DNA of 63,456 nucleotides from Limisphaerales bacterium (GTDB taxonomy: Bacteria; Verrucomicrobiota; Verrucomicrobiia; Limisphaerales; SIBE01), in assembly GCA_044225505.1 (NCBI GenBank), contig JBGAIN010000029.1:1-63456 (forward strand), given 5' to 3'. This document shows, one piece after another, positions 19,223 to 28,267 of the stretch. Made by a program: the position numbers and the translations under genes. How positions within the stretch are numbered: the first letter of the stretch is position 1; every line of letters begins with the position of its first letter. Under the pieces are notes generated by a model, which saw nothing but the letters and a program-made list of their open reading frames with translations, was not told the origin of the DNA and did not search any database.

Positions 19223-20245
19223 TCAAGCCGTCACGGTGGTTTTGAGGTCCGCAAACACAATGATCCCCGCACCGGTTTGCAAGAGGCTCTGCACCTGCAC
19301 ATCGACCTGTTGACCAACAGAGGTCTGCGCGTGGTTGACAACGACCATTGTCCCATCATTCAAATAACCAATCCCCTGCCCCTTATCTTTGCCCTCTCGG
19401 ACAATCCTCAACGAGAAACTCTCACCTGGCAGCACGACGGGCTTCAGCGCTCGGGCCAGATCGTTGAGATTCACATAGGCCACCGACTGCAGCTCAGCGA
19501 TCTTACCGAGATTGAAGTCATTGGTGTAGAGTTTCGCTCCAAGCGCCCGGGCCAGGCGCACCAGTTTGCCATCCACCGCCATTTCCTCGGGGATGTCGCC
19601 TTCATGGATCTTGACTTCGTTCCGGCGGTTCCGCTGGATCCGGCTGAGCGTCTCAAGACCCCGACGACCGCGCGCCCGGCGCACGGGATCGGGTGAGTCC
19701 GCAATTTGCTGCAGTTCTTTCAGGACAAAGCGGGGCAGGACGACAATTCCCTCGAGAAATCGAGCTTCGAGCATATCGGCGATGCGTCCGTCGATAATGA
19801 CACTGGTATCGAGAATGAGAAGGTTCTCCGGCTTATTCTGGGAAGCAAACCGAACGTAAGGAATGATTAGCGAAAAATCTTCCTTATTGCTCCTCATGGC
19901 CAGGATCATTCCGATGTAACCAAATGCGAGAAACAGGCTTAATCGAATGAGCCAGCGCGTCGGTTCTTCATCGACGTAAACGAACAGTCCCGATCGGTCG
20001 ATCATCCACGCAATCACGGAACCTAAAAAGAGCCCGAAGGTGGCGGCGGAAAATGCCCGTAGCGAAAAGCCTTTCAACATTTCGTCGACGGCAATCATCA
20101 GGCCGCCGAAGCCGAACCCGATGATGATGGCCGATAGCCCGTTGGCCACCAACTCGGGCCGTACCTGGCTGACGGCATAGCCTGCCAACGCACAGAGCAT
20201 CAAAAAAAGAATCCGGATGGTCCAAAGCGATGAATTCGGGGTCAT
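19223..20245 (-). CDS. Membrane-anchored PIN/TRAM-domain protein (YacL-like)
   Basis: Four N-terminal TM helices, LDTSVIIDGR PIN motif, RGRRGL, TNDFNL and a TRAM domain (GYLNDGTMVVV). The ATG overlaps the mlaD stop (TAATG). Confidence 0.9.
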   Translation of the reverse strand: MTPNSSLWTIRILFLMLCALAGYAVSQVRPELVANGLSAIIIGFGFGGLMIAVDEMLKGFSLRAFSAATFGLFLGSVIAWMIDRSGLFVYVDEEPTRWLIRLSLFLAFGYIGMILAMRSNKEDFSLIIPYVRFASQNKPENLLILDTSVIIDGRIADMLEARFLEGIVVLPRFVLKELQQIADSPDPVRRARGRRGLETLSRIQRNRRNEVKIHEGDIPEEMAVDGKLVRLARALGAKLYTNDFNLGKIAELQSVAYVNLNDLARALKPVVLPGESFSLRIVREGKDKGQGIGYLNDGTMVVVNHAQTSVGQQVDVQVQSLLQTGAGIIVFADLKTTVTA

Positions 20246-21222
20246 TAGCGGGCGGGGTTCTTGCCGGGATAAGGCGCCGAAGCGACAGGAGCGGCTTTGC
20301 GGTTGCGCGGCTTCCATAGCAAGCCGTGCTGGCTCAGGTTACTGCTGACCAAGTTAAAGTTGCTCACCGTAGAAGCAAATTCACGCTGCAAGTTTTCATC
20401 TTTCAAGATGCTTCCAGCAAGCCCTTTGCCGGCCTGAAGATCCTCTAGAATTTTGCTCAAATGCGAAGTGGCCGTCTGGACATTCTGGACTGCCGTCGTG
20501 ATCTCTACGCGGTTCGTGGCAATCGTTAACTGCAACTCCTCGGTCACCTGGTCGAGTTGTGCTGAGAAGCTGACCAGGTTGCTAATCGCGACCGTCAACG
20601 CCGGGGTATTCGTTTGAACCAGTTGATCAATGCCATCCAATGTATTTAATGCCCGGTCGGAGACGACCCGGAAGTTTCCCACCGCGCCTGCCAGATTCGT
20701 CAATGTTTCTTCGGCCAGAAGAGTGCGATCGATGCGCGCGACCGCTTCGTCCAATCGGGCGGCCGTTCGATCCACCCGCCGAAGCAAGCTGGCTCCAGAC
20801 CGTGCGACCTCCTGGAGATTGAACGGCTCTTCGCAAGCGACCGTCTCCCCGGGCTGCAATACAGCTGCCCGGTTTTCGCCAGGGGTGATCGAGATATACT
20901 GGTCCCCCAAGAAACCGGCCTGCTCGATAGTAAAACGAGCGTCCTTGTGAATCTTAAACCGGGCCTGGATCTGGATGTGCATGGTTACCGATTTGCCCGA
21001 GTCGTCGAGATCGATCTGGCGAACCGTCCCGACTTGAACCCCAGCGACCAGGACCGTTGCACCCGTTCTGATCCCGCCGACATTGGCGGTCGTGAGCAAA
21101 AACTCATAAGTCTTCGTCAGGAGCGAAGTACTTTTGCTGAACCCCATGATCAACGCAGCGACCAGCCCAAGCGACAGCATGACGAACAAACCGACCTTCC
21201 ATTCCAAGCGAGATCGGTTCAT
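20245..21222 (-). CDS. mlaD: MCE/MlaD family protein with long helical C-terminus
   Basis: N-terminal TM helix, V..AGVQVGTV, GFLGDQYISITPG MCE motif and a helical extension. Confidence 0.88.
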   Translation of the reverse strand: MNRSRLEWKVGLFVMLSLGLVAALIMGFSKSTSLLTKTYEFLLTTANVGGIRTGATVLVAGVQVGTVRQIDLDDSGKSVTMHIQIQARFKIHKDARFTIEQAGFLGDQYISITPGENRAAVLQPGETVACEEPFNLQEVARSGASLLRRVDRTAARLDEAVARIDRTLLAEETLTNLAGAVGNFRVVSDRALNTLDGIDQLVQTNTPALTVAISNLVSFSAQLDQVTEELQLTIATNRVEITTAVQNVQTATSHLSKILEDLQAGKGLAGSILKDENLQREFASTVSNFNLVSSNLSQHGLLWKPRNRKAAPVASAPYPGKNPAR

Positions 21223-21223
21223 T

Positions 21224-21970
21224 TCAAATCATTCGCTCCCGCCGATCGGCAATGCCATTGACGAATTGGTGAACAATCGGATCTCGCGATTGAAAGATCT
21301 CATCGGAGGTCCCGGTGGCGTAGATGCGCCCTTCATGCAACAGCATCACCCGCTGCCCGACGCGCCGGGCGGTCCGCATGTCATGCGTTACGACGATCGA
21401 AGTCACTTTTAATCGGTCACACACCCGCATGATGAGTTGGTCGATACTGTCTGAAACGATTGGGTCCAGCCCGGTGGTCGGCTCATCGTAGAGCACGATT
21501 TCCGGCCGATACACAATCGCCCGGGCAAGGCCCACCCGTTTTCGCATCCCCCCCGAAAGCTCCGCGGGCTTTTTATCATCCGTGCCAGGCAGGTCGACCA
21601 TCTCCAGCGCCTGTCGGACCCGATTGAAGATCTCCATGTTGGAGACGTTCCCCTGCCGATGCAGCGCAAAGGCCACATTCTCCGCCACCGTCATTGAATC
21701 AAAAAGCGCAGCTCCCTGGAAGACCATTCCAAACCGACGCCGGACATCGATCAATTGGCGCTCATCCATCGTGGTAATGTTCTCACCAGCGATCCGGACT
21801 TCGCCAGAATCCGGCGTAATCAAACCGATGATATGCTTTAAGAGGACGCTTTTTCCTCCCCCACTCCTCCCCAGAATCACGACGGTCTCCCCGGGATCTA
21901 TGCGAAAGCTCACCCCATCCAGAACGGGGTGACCGCCGAATGCCTTCTTCAAATTGAGCACCTCAATCAT
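21224..21970 (-). CDS. mlaF: MlaF-type ABC ATPase
   Basis: GRSGGGKS, FQGAALFDSM, LSGGMRKRVGLARA and YDEPTTGLDP. Confidence 0.92.
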   Translation of the reverse strand: MIEVLNLKKAFGGHPVLDGVSFRIDPGETVVILGRSGGGKSVLLKHIIGLITPDSGEVRIAGENITTMDERQLIDVRRRFGMVFQGAALFDSMTVAENVAFALHRQGNVSNMEIFNRVRQALEMVDLPGTDDKKPAELSGGMRKRVGLARAIVYRPEIVLYDEPTTGLDPIVSDSIDQLIMRVCDRLKVTSIVVTHDMRTARRVGQRVMLLHEGRIYATGTSDEIFQSRDPIVHQFVNGIADRRERMI

Positions 21971-22743
21971 GCGAGGAGCCTCGTGAGGAACAAAGTGAGA
22001 AAGAAATTGGTAATCAGAATGGCGATCGAAGCGTAAACGACAGCTTCGGTAGTAGCCCGGCCCACGCCTTCCGCACCTTGTCCGCAGTTCATTCCTTTGT
22101 AGCAGCTCACCGTAGCGGTGATCCCGCCAAAAATAAGGGCCTTGGAAAGCCCCGTGACGACGTCTTGAGCATGGCTATACTTAATCATGTTCACCCACGC
22201 ATAGGTGGCATCAATCTTCAGGAGAAAAACACCCACCCCATAGGCCGCCGAAATGCCAACCACGATCGATTCAGCCGTTAACAGAGGCAATGCGATCAAA
22301 GTGGCCACCAAGCGCGGCACGACCAGATAATCCGTGGGATGGGTCGCGAGCGTTCGGAGCGCGTCAATTTGCTCGGTGACCCGCATGGTCCCTAATTCTG
22401 CGGCCATGGCAGCACCGACTCGCCCCACCACCATGAGAGCCGTTAACACCGGGCCCAACTCGCTGGACATCGAAACGCTCACCACGGCCAAGGTGGCTGT
22501 GTCCATCTTCACCTTGTGAAACTGAAAGAACGTCTGAGCGCAAAGGACCATCCCCGTAAACGCACCCGTAATTAGAACGACCGACTGAGATTTGACTCCA
22601 ATGAAATGCAGCTGGTGAACGATGTCCCGCCAGACTGGCCTGCGAAGGAACAGGGAATGGACCGCCTCGAAGAAAAAGATGGCCAACTGCCCCAAGCCCC
22701 GAATGCTCTCAGTGAGCCATCGTTGGGCCAACGCCATAATCAT
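21967..22743 (-). CDS. mlaE: MlaE-type ABC permease
   Basis: ELGPVLTALMVVGRVGAAMAAELGTMRVTEQIDAL and GAEGVGRATT. Confidence 0.93.
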   Translation of the reverse strand: MIMALAQRWLTESIRGLGQLAIFFFEAVHSLFLRRPVWRDIVHQLHFIGVKSQSVVLITGAFTGMVLCAQTFFQFHKVKMDTATLAVVSVSMSSELGPVLTALMVVGRVGAAMAAELGTMRVTEQIDALRTLATHPTDYLVVPRLVATLIALPLLTAESIVVGISAAYGVGVFLLKIDATYAWVNMIKYSHAQDVVTGLSKALIFGGITATVSCYKGMNCGQGAEGVGRATTEAVVYASIAILITNFFLTLFLTRLLA

Positions 22744-22847
22744 GTAGGTAAACGCCCTGGCAAGTGCAACCCTGCCGCGCCGCGCCGGACTAGAAGCGCC
22801 AGCGCCCAGACCCAAACCCTACACTCTGCGCAACCGCCTCGGCAAGC

Positions 22848-25346
22848 TCAGCTCGACAAAGCTGCACCTTCGGCCGTAGTCGGTTGACTAAATGCGAGTT
22901 TGTCCTGTTCCACGGTCACAAGAATTGGCCCTTTGTCATGGAATCGACCGCGCAGGATTTCCTCCGCGAGGGGATCTTCAAGATAACGTTCCACGGACCG
23001 ACGCATCGGTCTTGCCCCATAAATGGGGTCGAAACCTTTCTCGACCAGGAAATCTTTGGCCTTGTCATCCAAAGTGAGCTGGATGTTCTTCGCCTTCAAA
23101 CGCTCCATAACTTTCCGCACTTCCAGCGAGAGAATCTCAATCAGGTCGGCCTTAGTCAGCGATCGGAACACAATGACATCGTCCAATCGGTTCAGAAACT
23201 CAGGCCGGAACGCCTTCTTGGCTTCCTCCATGATCTTGTCCCGCATCTTCTCGTAATTGGCTTCCTCGCTCATCGAGGTGAAGCCGATGCTGGACTGCTT
23301 GCGAATGCTCTCCGCCCCAACATTGGAGGTAAGCAAGACGATGGTATTCCGGAAGTCGACAATCCGCCCGACATTGTCCGTAAGTTTGCCCTCTTCCAGA
23401 ATCTGCAAGAGCATGTTCATGACATCCGGATGCGCTTTCTCGATTTCATCAAAGAGCACTACCGAATAGGGCTTCCGACGCACTTGCTCGGTCAATTGGC
23501 CACCCTCTTCGTAGCCCACATATCCAGGAGGGGAACCGACCAGGCGCGAGACGGTAAACTTCTCCATGTACTCGCTCATATCGAGTTGGATGAGCGACTT
23601 AGCATCGCCGAACATTTGCTCGGCCAAAGTCTTTGCGAGCAGGGTTTTGCCCACACCTGTCGGCCCTAGCAACGCGAAGGTCCCAATCGGACGTTTGGGG
23701 TCTTTGAGATCGGCCCGGGATCGCCGCAATGCCTTGCATAGAGCCGTGACCGCTTCCTTCTGACCAACCACCACGTGGCCCAGCTCCTCTTCCATCGCCA
23801 GAAGTTTCTGCGCCTCGCCCTGCTCCATGCGCTTGAGCGGAATTCCCGTCCACTTCGCTACGACGTGGAGAATGTCATCTTCGTCGACCGTCACCCTCTT
23901 TTCTTCACGCGTCGCACGCCAGGCATTGAGAATCGCTTCCATCTTCTCTTTGGCCTGCTTCTCCTTGTCGCGCATCGCCGCTGCGCCTTCAAAATCCTGC
24001 TCCTTGATCGCCCGTTCCTTGCGAGTCTTGATCTCTTCGATCTCGCCTTCGAGAGTTTTCACGTCGGGCGGCCGGGTCATTGCTCCGATGCGAGCGCGAG
24101 AGCCCGCCTCGTCCATGACGTCAATCGCCTTGTCAGGCAGAAACCGGCCGGTGAGGTAACGGTCCGAAAGGCGCACGGAGGCATCGATCGCTTGATCGGT
24201 AAAATCGACTTTGTGATGATCCTCATACTTCTGCTTGAGCCCTTGGAGAATTTGGATGGCCTCTTCAACGGACGGGGCTTCCACCTTCACCGCCTGAAAG
24301 CGCCGCTCTAATGCCGCATCCTTCTCGATGTATTTGCGATACTCATTCAGCGTGGTAGCCCCAATACACTGCATTTCGCCACGGCTCAGCGCCGGCTTGA
24401 TGATGTTCGAAGCGTCCATGGTTCCCTCTGCCGAACCCGCGCCAACAATCGTGTGAAGTTCGTCAATGAAAAGGAGAACGTTTTTCGCCCGCCGGATCTC
24501 GTCCATCACCGCTTTAATACGCTCCTCAAACTGGCCGCGATACTTGGTCCCCGCCACCATAAGTGCCAGGTCAAGGGTGATAACCCGCTTGTCACGCAGC
24601 AACTCCGGGACGTTGCCTTTGGCGATCTCCTGAGCCAATCCTTCAACAATCGCGGTCTTTCCGACTCCCGCTTCACCCAAAAGCACTGGATTGTTCTTGG
24701 TGCGGCGACAAAGGATTTGAATGACTCGCTCGATCTCGTTCTTCCGGCCAATCACTGGGTCCATCTCGCCCTTACGCGCGATCTCAGTCAGGTCACGACC
24801 GAACGCCTTTAACGCCGGCGTTTTCACTTCGCCCTTCTTCTCGGAAGCTTTCTCACTGGGACCTTCGCTCGCGGGCGACTCTTCCTGCGCGTTAAAATTA
24901 GGGTCGAGCTCTTTAAGAATCTCCTGGCGTGTCTGTTCGATATCAACGTCCATGTTCTTCAACACGCGTGCAGCGACTCCGTCTCCCTCGCGCAACAAGC
25001 CCAAGAGAATGTGTTCGGTGCCGACGTAGGTATGATTCAGCGCCTTGGCTTCTTTGGCGGCGAGAGACAGAACCTTCTTCACGCGTGGCGTGTACGGGAT
25101 ATTCCCAATCATTTTCTGATCGGGGCCAGTTCCAACTAGTTTCTCGACCTCCAGTCGGACCGTTTCGAGGTCCAGGCCAATCGTCTGGAGAACATTGACC
25201 GCCACCCCTTGACCCAGTTTGATCAACCCGAGCAGCAAATGCTCCGTCCCCACAAAATTGTGGTTGAATCGGTCAGCCTCCTTGCGCGCCAACGCTAGGA
25301 CTTGCTGTGCCCGAGGGGTGAAATTGTTCATGGATTCGTCGCTCAT
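22848..25346 (-). CDS. clpC: ATP-dependent Clp protease ATPase ClpC
   Basis: Two Clp-N repeats, two AAA+ modules ([16 protein letters not shown]), a UVR middle domain and an IGF loop. Confidence 0.97.
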   Translation of the reverse strand: MSDESMNNFTPRAQQVLALARKEADRFNHNFVGTEHLLLGLIKLGQGVAVNVLQTIGLDLETVRLEVEKLVGTGPDQKMIGNIPYTPRVKKVLSLAAKEAKALNHTYVGTEHILLGLLREGDGVAARVLKNMDVDIEQTRQEILKELDPNFNAQEESPASEGPSEKASEKKGEVKTPALKAFGRDLTEIARKGEMDPVIGRKNEIERVIQILCRRTKNNPVLLGEAGVGKTAIVEGLAQEIAKGNVPELLRDKRVITLDLALMVAGTKYRGQFEERIKAVMDEIRRAKNVLLFIDELHTIVGAGSAEGTMDASNIIKPALSRGEMQCIGATTLNEYRKYIEKDAALERRFQAVKVEAPSVEEAIQILQGLKQKYEDHHKVDFTDQAIDASVRLSDRYLTGRFLPDKAIDVMDEAGSRARIGAMTRPPDVKTLEGEIEEIKTRKERAIKEQDFEGAAAMRDKEKQAKEKMEAILNAWRATREEKRVTVDEDDILHVVAKWTGIPLKRMEQGEAQKLLAMEEELGHVVVGQKEAVTALCKALRRSRADLKDPKRPIGTFALLGPTGVGKTLLAKTLAEQMFGDAKSLIQLDMSEYMEKFTVSRLVGSPPGYVGYEEGGQLTEQVRRKPYSVVLFDEIEKAHPDVMNMLLQILEEGKLTDNVGRIVDFRNTIVLLTSNVGAESIRKQSSIGFTSMSEEANYEKMRDKIMEEAKKAFRPEFLNRLDDVIVFRSLTKADLIEILSLEVRKVMERLKAKNIQLTLDDKAKDFLVEKGFDPIYGARPMRRSVERYLEDPLAEEILRGRFHDKGPILVTVEQDKLAFSQPTTAEGAALSS

Positions 25347-25377
25347 AGATCAGTCGATATCAAGATGCGGCCCTACC

Positions 25378-26484
25378 CTAGCTTTGTCCAGCCTTGGACC
25401 CGTTCAGTTTTGTGGGCACGGGATGGGGCCGACTCACATGCCGCAACCGCTCTCGCAACATATCCGCGCGAAGAAGGTCACGTTCCTCGGCGGAAAGCTT
25501 TTCCGAAAAACTCTTCTGCAAATGGGCCGGTTGTGTGATCAAAAAAAGCTCATCCGCGAGAGCCCGGTCGGTTCCTGGAAACAGACCAAGATCGACCCCC
25601 AACCGCAATAGCGACAGGAGGTTCATGGTCTCTTTGGATGAGATGCTATGGGCGTTGGCCAGGATCCCATAGGCGCGCCCGATATGATTGAAAATCATCT
25701 TGGGTTTGCTCTCCAGCAAGCTCGCTCGAGCATTTTCCTCGTGCTCAATCAGCTGCGCAAGAACCTTGCTCAGTCGCTCGACAATATCCACTTCGGCTTC
25801 ACCCAAAGTCATCTGATTGGAAACTTGGAATACGTTCCCAAGGGCTTCGGTCCCTTCCCCGTAAAGGCCGCGGACCGCCAAGCCCAATTTATTCACCGCC
25901 TGAATAATCTGGTTGATTTGCTCACTGAGGACCAAGGCGGGAAGATGCAGCATGGCACTCACCCGAATTCCGGTGCCCAGATTCGTCGGACAGGCCGTCA
26001 AATAACCTAACGTCGCTGAAAAAGCGTAGGGCAGCTGTTTTTCCAGCAGCGAATCCAATTGATCAATGGCTTGCCAAGCTTCCTTGAGCTGTAGTCCAGG
26101 CCGCAACGCCTGCATGCGCAAGTGGTCTTCCTCGTTAATCATAACGCAGAGAGACTCTTCCTTGTTCAGGACCAGGCCGCTCCCCGCGTTTTTGGCCGCA
26201 TGCTCACGACTGATCAGATGACGTTCGACAAGAATCTGTTTGTCCAGAGCAGTCAGATTATCCATGGACTCTGCAAACCCGCCGGACATTTGGCGTAGCT
26301 CTTCCACCGCCGGGCGTATCTTTTCCAAAGAGCGCACCCGCTCGGCTTTCTTCGCCCAACCAGGAAAAGCCAGGCCTTTCAAGTTGCGGGCGAGACGGAC
26401 TCGACTGGACATCACGATCCGATCGTGGGGGCCGGTCCGTTTGCTTGACTCGGCTGGCGAGCTGAGAAATTCGTGAATGTTCAT
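25378..26484 (-). CDS. mcsB: Protein arginine kinase McsB
   Basis: SSRVRLARN, NEEDH, CPTNLGTG and RGLYGEG phosphagen-kinase motifs. Lies between mcsA and clpC. Confidence 0.96.
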   Translation of the reverse strand: MNIHEFLSSPAESSKRTGPHDRIVMSSRVRLARNLKGLAFPGWAKKAERVRSLEKIRPAVEELRQMSGGFAESMDNLTALDKQILVERHLISREHAAKNAGSGLVLNKEESLCVMINEEDHLRMQALRPGLQLKEAWQAIDQLDSLLEKQLPYAFSATLGYLTACPTNLGTGIRVSAMLHLPALVLSEQINQIIQAVNKLGLAVRGLYGEGTEALGNVFQVSNQMTLGEAEVDIVERLSKVLAQLIEHEENARASLLESKPKMIFNHIGRAYGILANAHSISSKETMNLLSLLRLGVDLGLFPGTDRALADELFLITQPAHLQKSFSEKLSAEERDLLRADMLRERLRHVSRPHPVPTKLNGSKAGQS

Positions 26485-26486
26485 CG

Positions 26487-26996
26487 CTATCCGGTCGTTA
26501 ACTCGTTGATCCGGCTTTTAACTTGATTGATCTCGTCTCGCAACTGGACTGCGGATTCAAAGTCTTCGTCAGCAACGGCCTTCTCCAATTTCTTTTGTAG
26601 AAGGCGCAATCGATCCGACAGATCCTGGCTGCGTTTCATGACCTGGGGAATTTTACCGATGTGTTTGGTCCCCTTGTGCATCGTCTTGAGCAGAGTATCT
26701 AAACCTTCAGCAAAGGTCGTGTAGCATTCTGCGCAGCCCAAGCGGCCCGCCTTCTTAAAATCAGCCTGAGAAAAACCGCAACTGGGACATCGGACATCAG
26801 TTCCGGAGCCCGCGGGAGCTATCTCTTGTGCTGCGCCCAAGCCAAGAAGCAAGTCGGCCAGAGAGAAGCCCGTAGGATCATCTACGCCCTTCTCTTTGGA
26901 GCAAGCCTCGCACAGGTCGACTTTCTTAGTTTTACCGTCAACCATTTGCGTCAGATGCACCGTGGCTACGTTCTTCTTACAAATGTCGCACAGCAT
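26487..26996 (-). CDS. mcsA: McsB activator McsA
   Basis: Four CxxC motifs, GRLGCAECY and a C-terminal UVR motif. Confidence 0.95.
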   Translation of the reverse strand: MLCDICKKNVATVHLTQMVDGKTKKVDLCEACSKEKGVDDPTGFSLADLLLGLGAAQEIAPAGSGTDVRCPSCGFSQADFKKAGRLGCAECYTTFAEGLDTLLKTMHKGTKHIGKIPQVMKRSQDLSDRLRLLQKKLEKAVADEDFESAVQLRDEINQVKSRINELTTG

Positions 26997-27205
26997 ATTT
27001 CCAATCGTATATCGGCTGCTCGGAGATCCAAGTCAAGGCACACCAGGTCGCCGAATACCCATCCATCCCAGCGCAGCCCCGGTTAAGCCAGGGTGCTTCC
27101 AGGTCAAGGCAAAGCAAGTCCAGGGCTCATTCAAGAGCAAGCATCACGCCATTTCCAGTCAAAGTCTTCTGCCGGACCTAGCTGCACCAAGGAAGACTAC
27201 CTACG

Positions 27206-28093
27206 TTACGGTCGTACTTTCGATCTGTAAATCGGTTCACCAGTGCTTTTGGTGATTTGTTTGTAGAGCTCGACGAGGCGCCGGGTCACCGGTCCCGGTT
27301 GCCCCGCCCCAATCTGCCGACCGTCAATTTTGACAACAGGAATGACCTCAGCCCCAGTCCCTGTCAAAAAGCACTCATCAGCGTTGAAGAAGTCATACCG
27401 TGTTAGGTTATTCTCACTTACGACCAAGCCGTCCTGACGCGCCAATTCCATTACGACACCACGGGTGATACCATAGAGAGCTCCCGCATAGAGCGGAGGA
27501 GTTAACAGGTTCTTGCCCTGGACCATGAAGATATTATCCCCAGTACATTCTGCCACATAGCCTTGCGCATTGAGAAGAATAGCTTCCTCGCAGCCCGCAT
27601 TGTTGGCTTCAATCTTCGCCAGAATGTTATTCAGGTAGTTTAGTGACTTGATCGCAGGATTAACCGCGCTGTGTAAATTCCGGACAGTCGGAACCGTAAT
27701 GATGTCCAACCCCTTTTCGTAGTATTCCTCGGGGTAAAGTTGGATCTTATCCGCAATGATGATTATTGACGGCCGCTGGCAGCGATTTGGATTCAACCCC
27801 AGACCGCCAACACCTCGCGTCACCACCAACCGGATGTACCCCTCGCGGAGCCTGTTCCGGCGGCAGGTTTCAACAACGGCTTCGATCAATTCCGTGTGGG
27901 TTGCTGGGATTGTCAGGAGAATCGCTTTGGCCGAGAAGAAAAGTCGGTCGATATGCTCCTTTAACCTGAAAACGCGCCCGTTGTAAGCACGAATTCCCTC
28001 GAACACGCCATCTCCATACAGAAGGCCGTGGTCAAATACCGAAACCTTGGCATCCTTCTCGTCAACAAATTTACCGTCAATATAGATTTTCAT
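27206..28093 (-). CDS. ilvE: Branched-chain amino acid aminotransferase
   Basis: DHGLLYGDGVFEG, KSLNY (PLP Lys), LYGITR and ECFLTGT. Confidence 0.95.
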   Translation of the reverse strand: MKIYIDGKFVDEKDAKVSVFDHGLLYGDGVFEGIRAYNGRVFRLKEHIDRLFFSAKAILLTIPATHTELIEAVVETCRRNRLREGYIRLVVTRGVGGLGLNPNRCQRPSIIIIADKIQLYPEEYYEKGLDIITVPTVRNLHSAVNPAIKSLNYLNNILAKIEANNAGCEEAILLNAQGYVAECTGDNIFMVQGKNLLTPPLYAGALYGITRGVVMELARQDGLVVSENNLTRYDFFNADECFLTGTGAEVIPVVKIDGRQIGAGQPGPVTRRLVELYKQITKSTGEPIYRSKVRP

Positions 28094-28108
28094 GCGCGCG
28101 CCGAAAAC

Positions 28109-28137
28109 AGACTATGGACTCACTTAGTTCCTGTCAA
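28109..28137 (-). promoter_or_regulatory. Sigma70 promoter of ilvE
   Basis: TTGACA-N17-TAGTCT on the minus strand, ending 15 nt before the ATG. Confidence 0.65.
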
Positions 28138-28267
28138 AAACCAATGCCAAGTCGATGCGACATTGGGGTTAGCCCCTCCCAGCAAGCATCCGACTGCCAG
28201 ATCGATGCCCGGCGCGCTCTCAAAAACCTGGAGAGATCCGGCATTTGCGGCATATTCCCGGCCGAAC

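Noticed and set aside
22884..25611. Long plus-strand ORFs antisense to clpC, and similar ones opposite secA, bamA and purD
   Set aside because: Shadow ORFs expected from high-GC codon bias opposite conserved genes.
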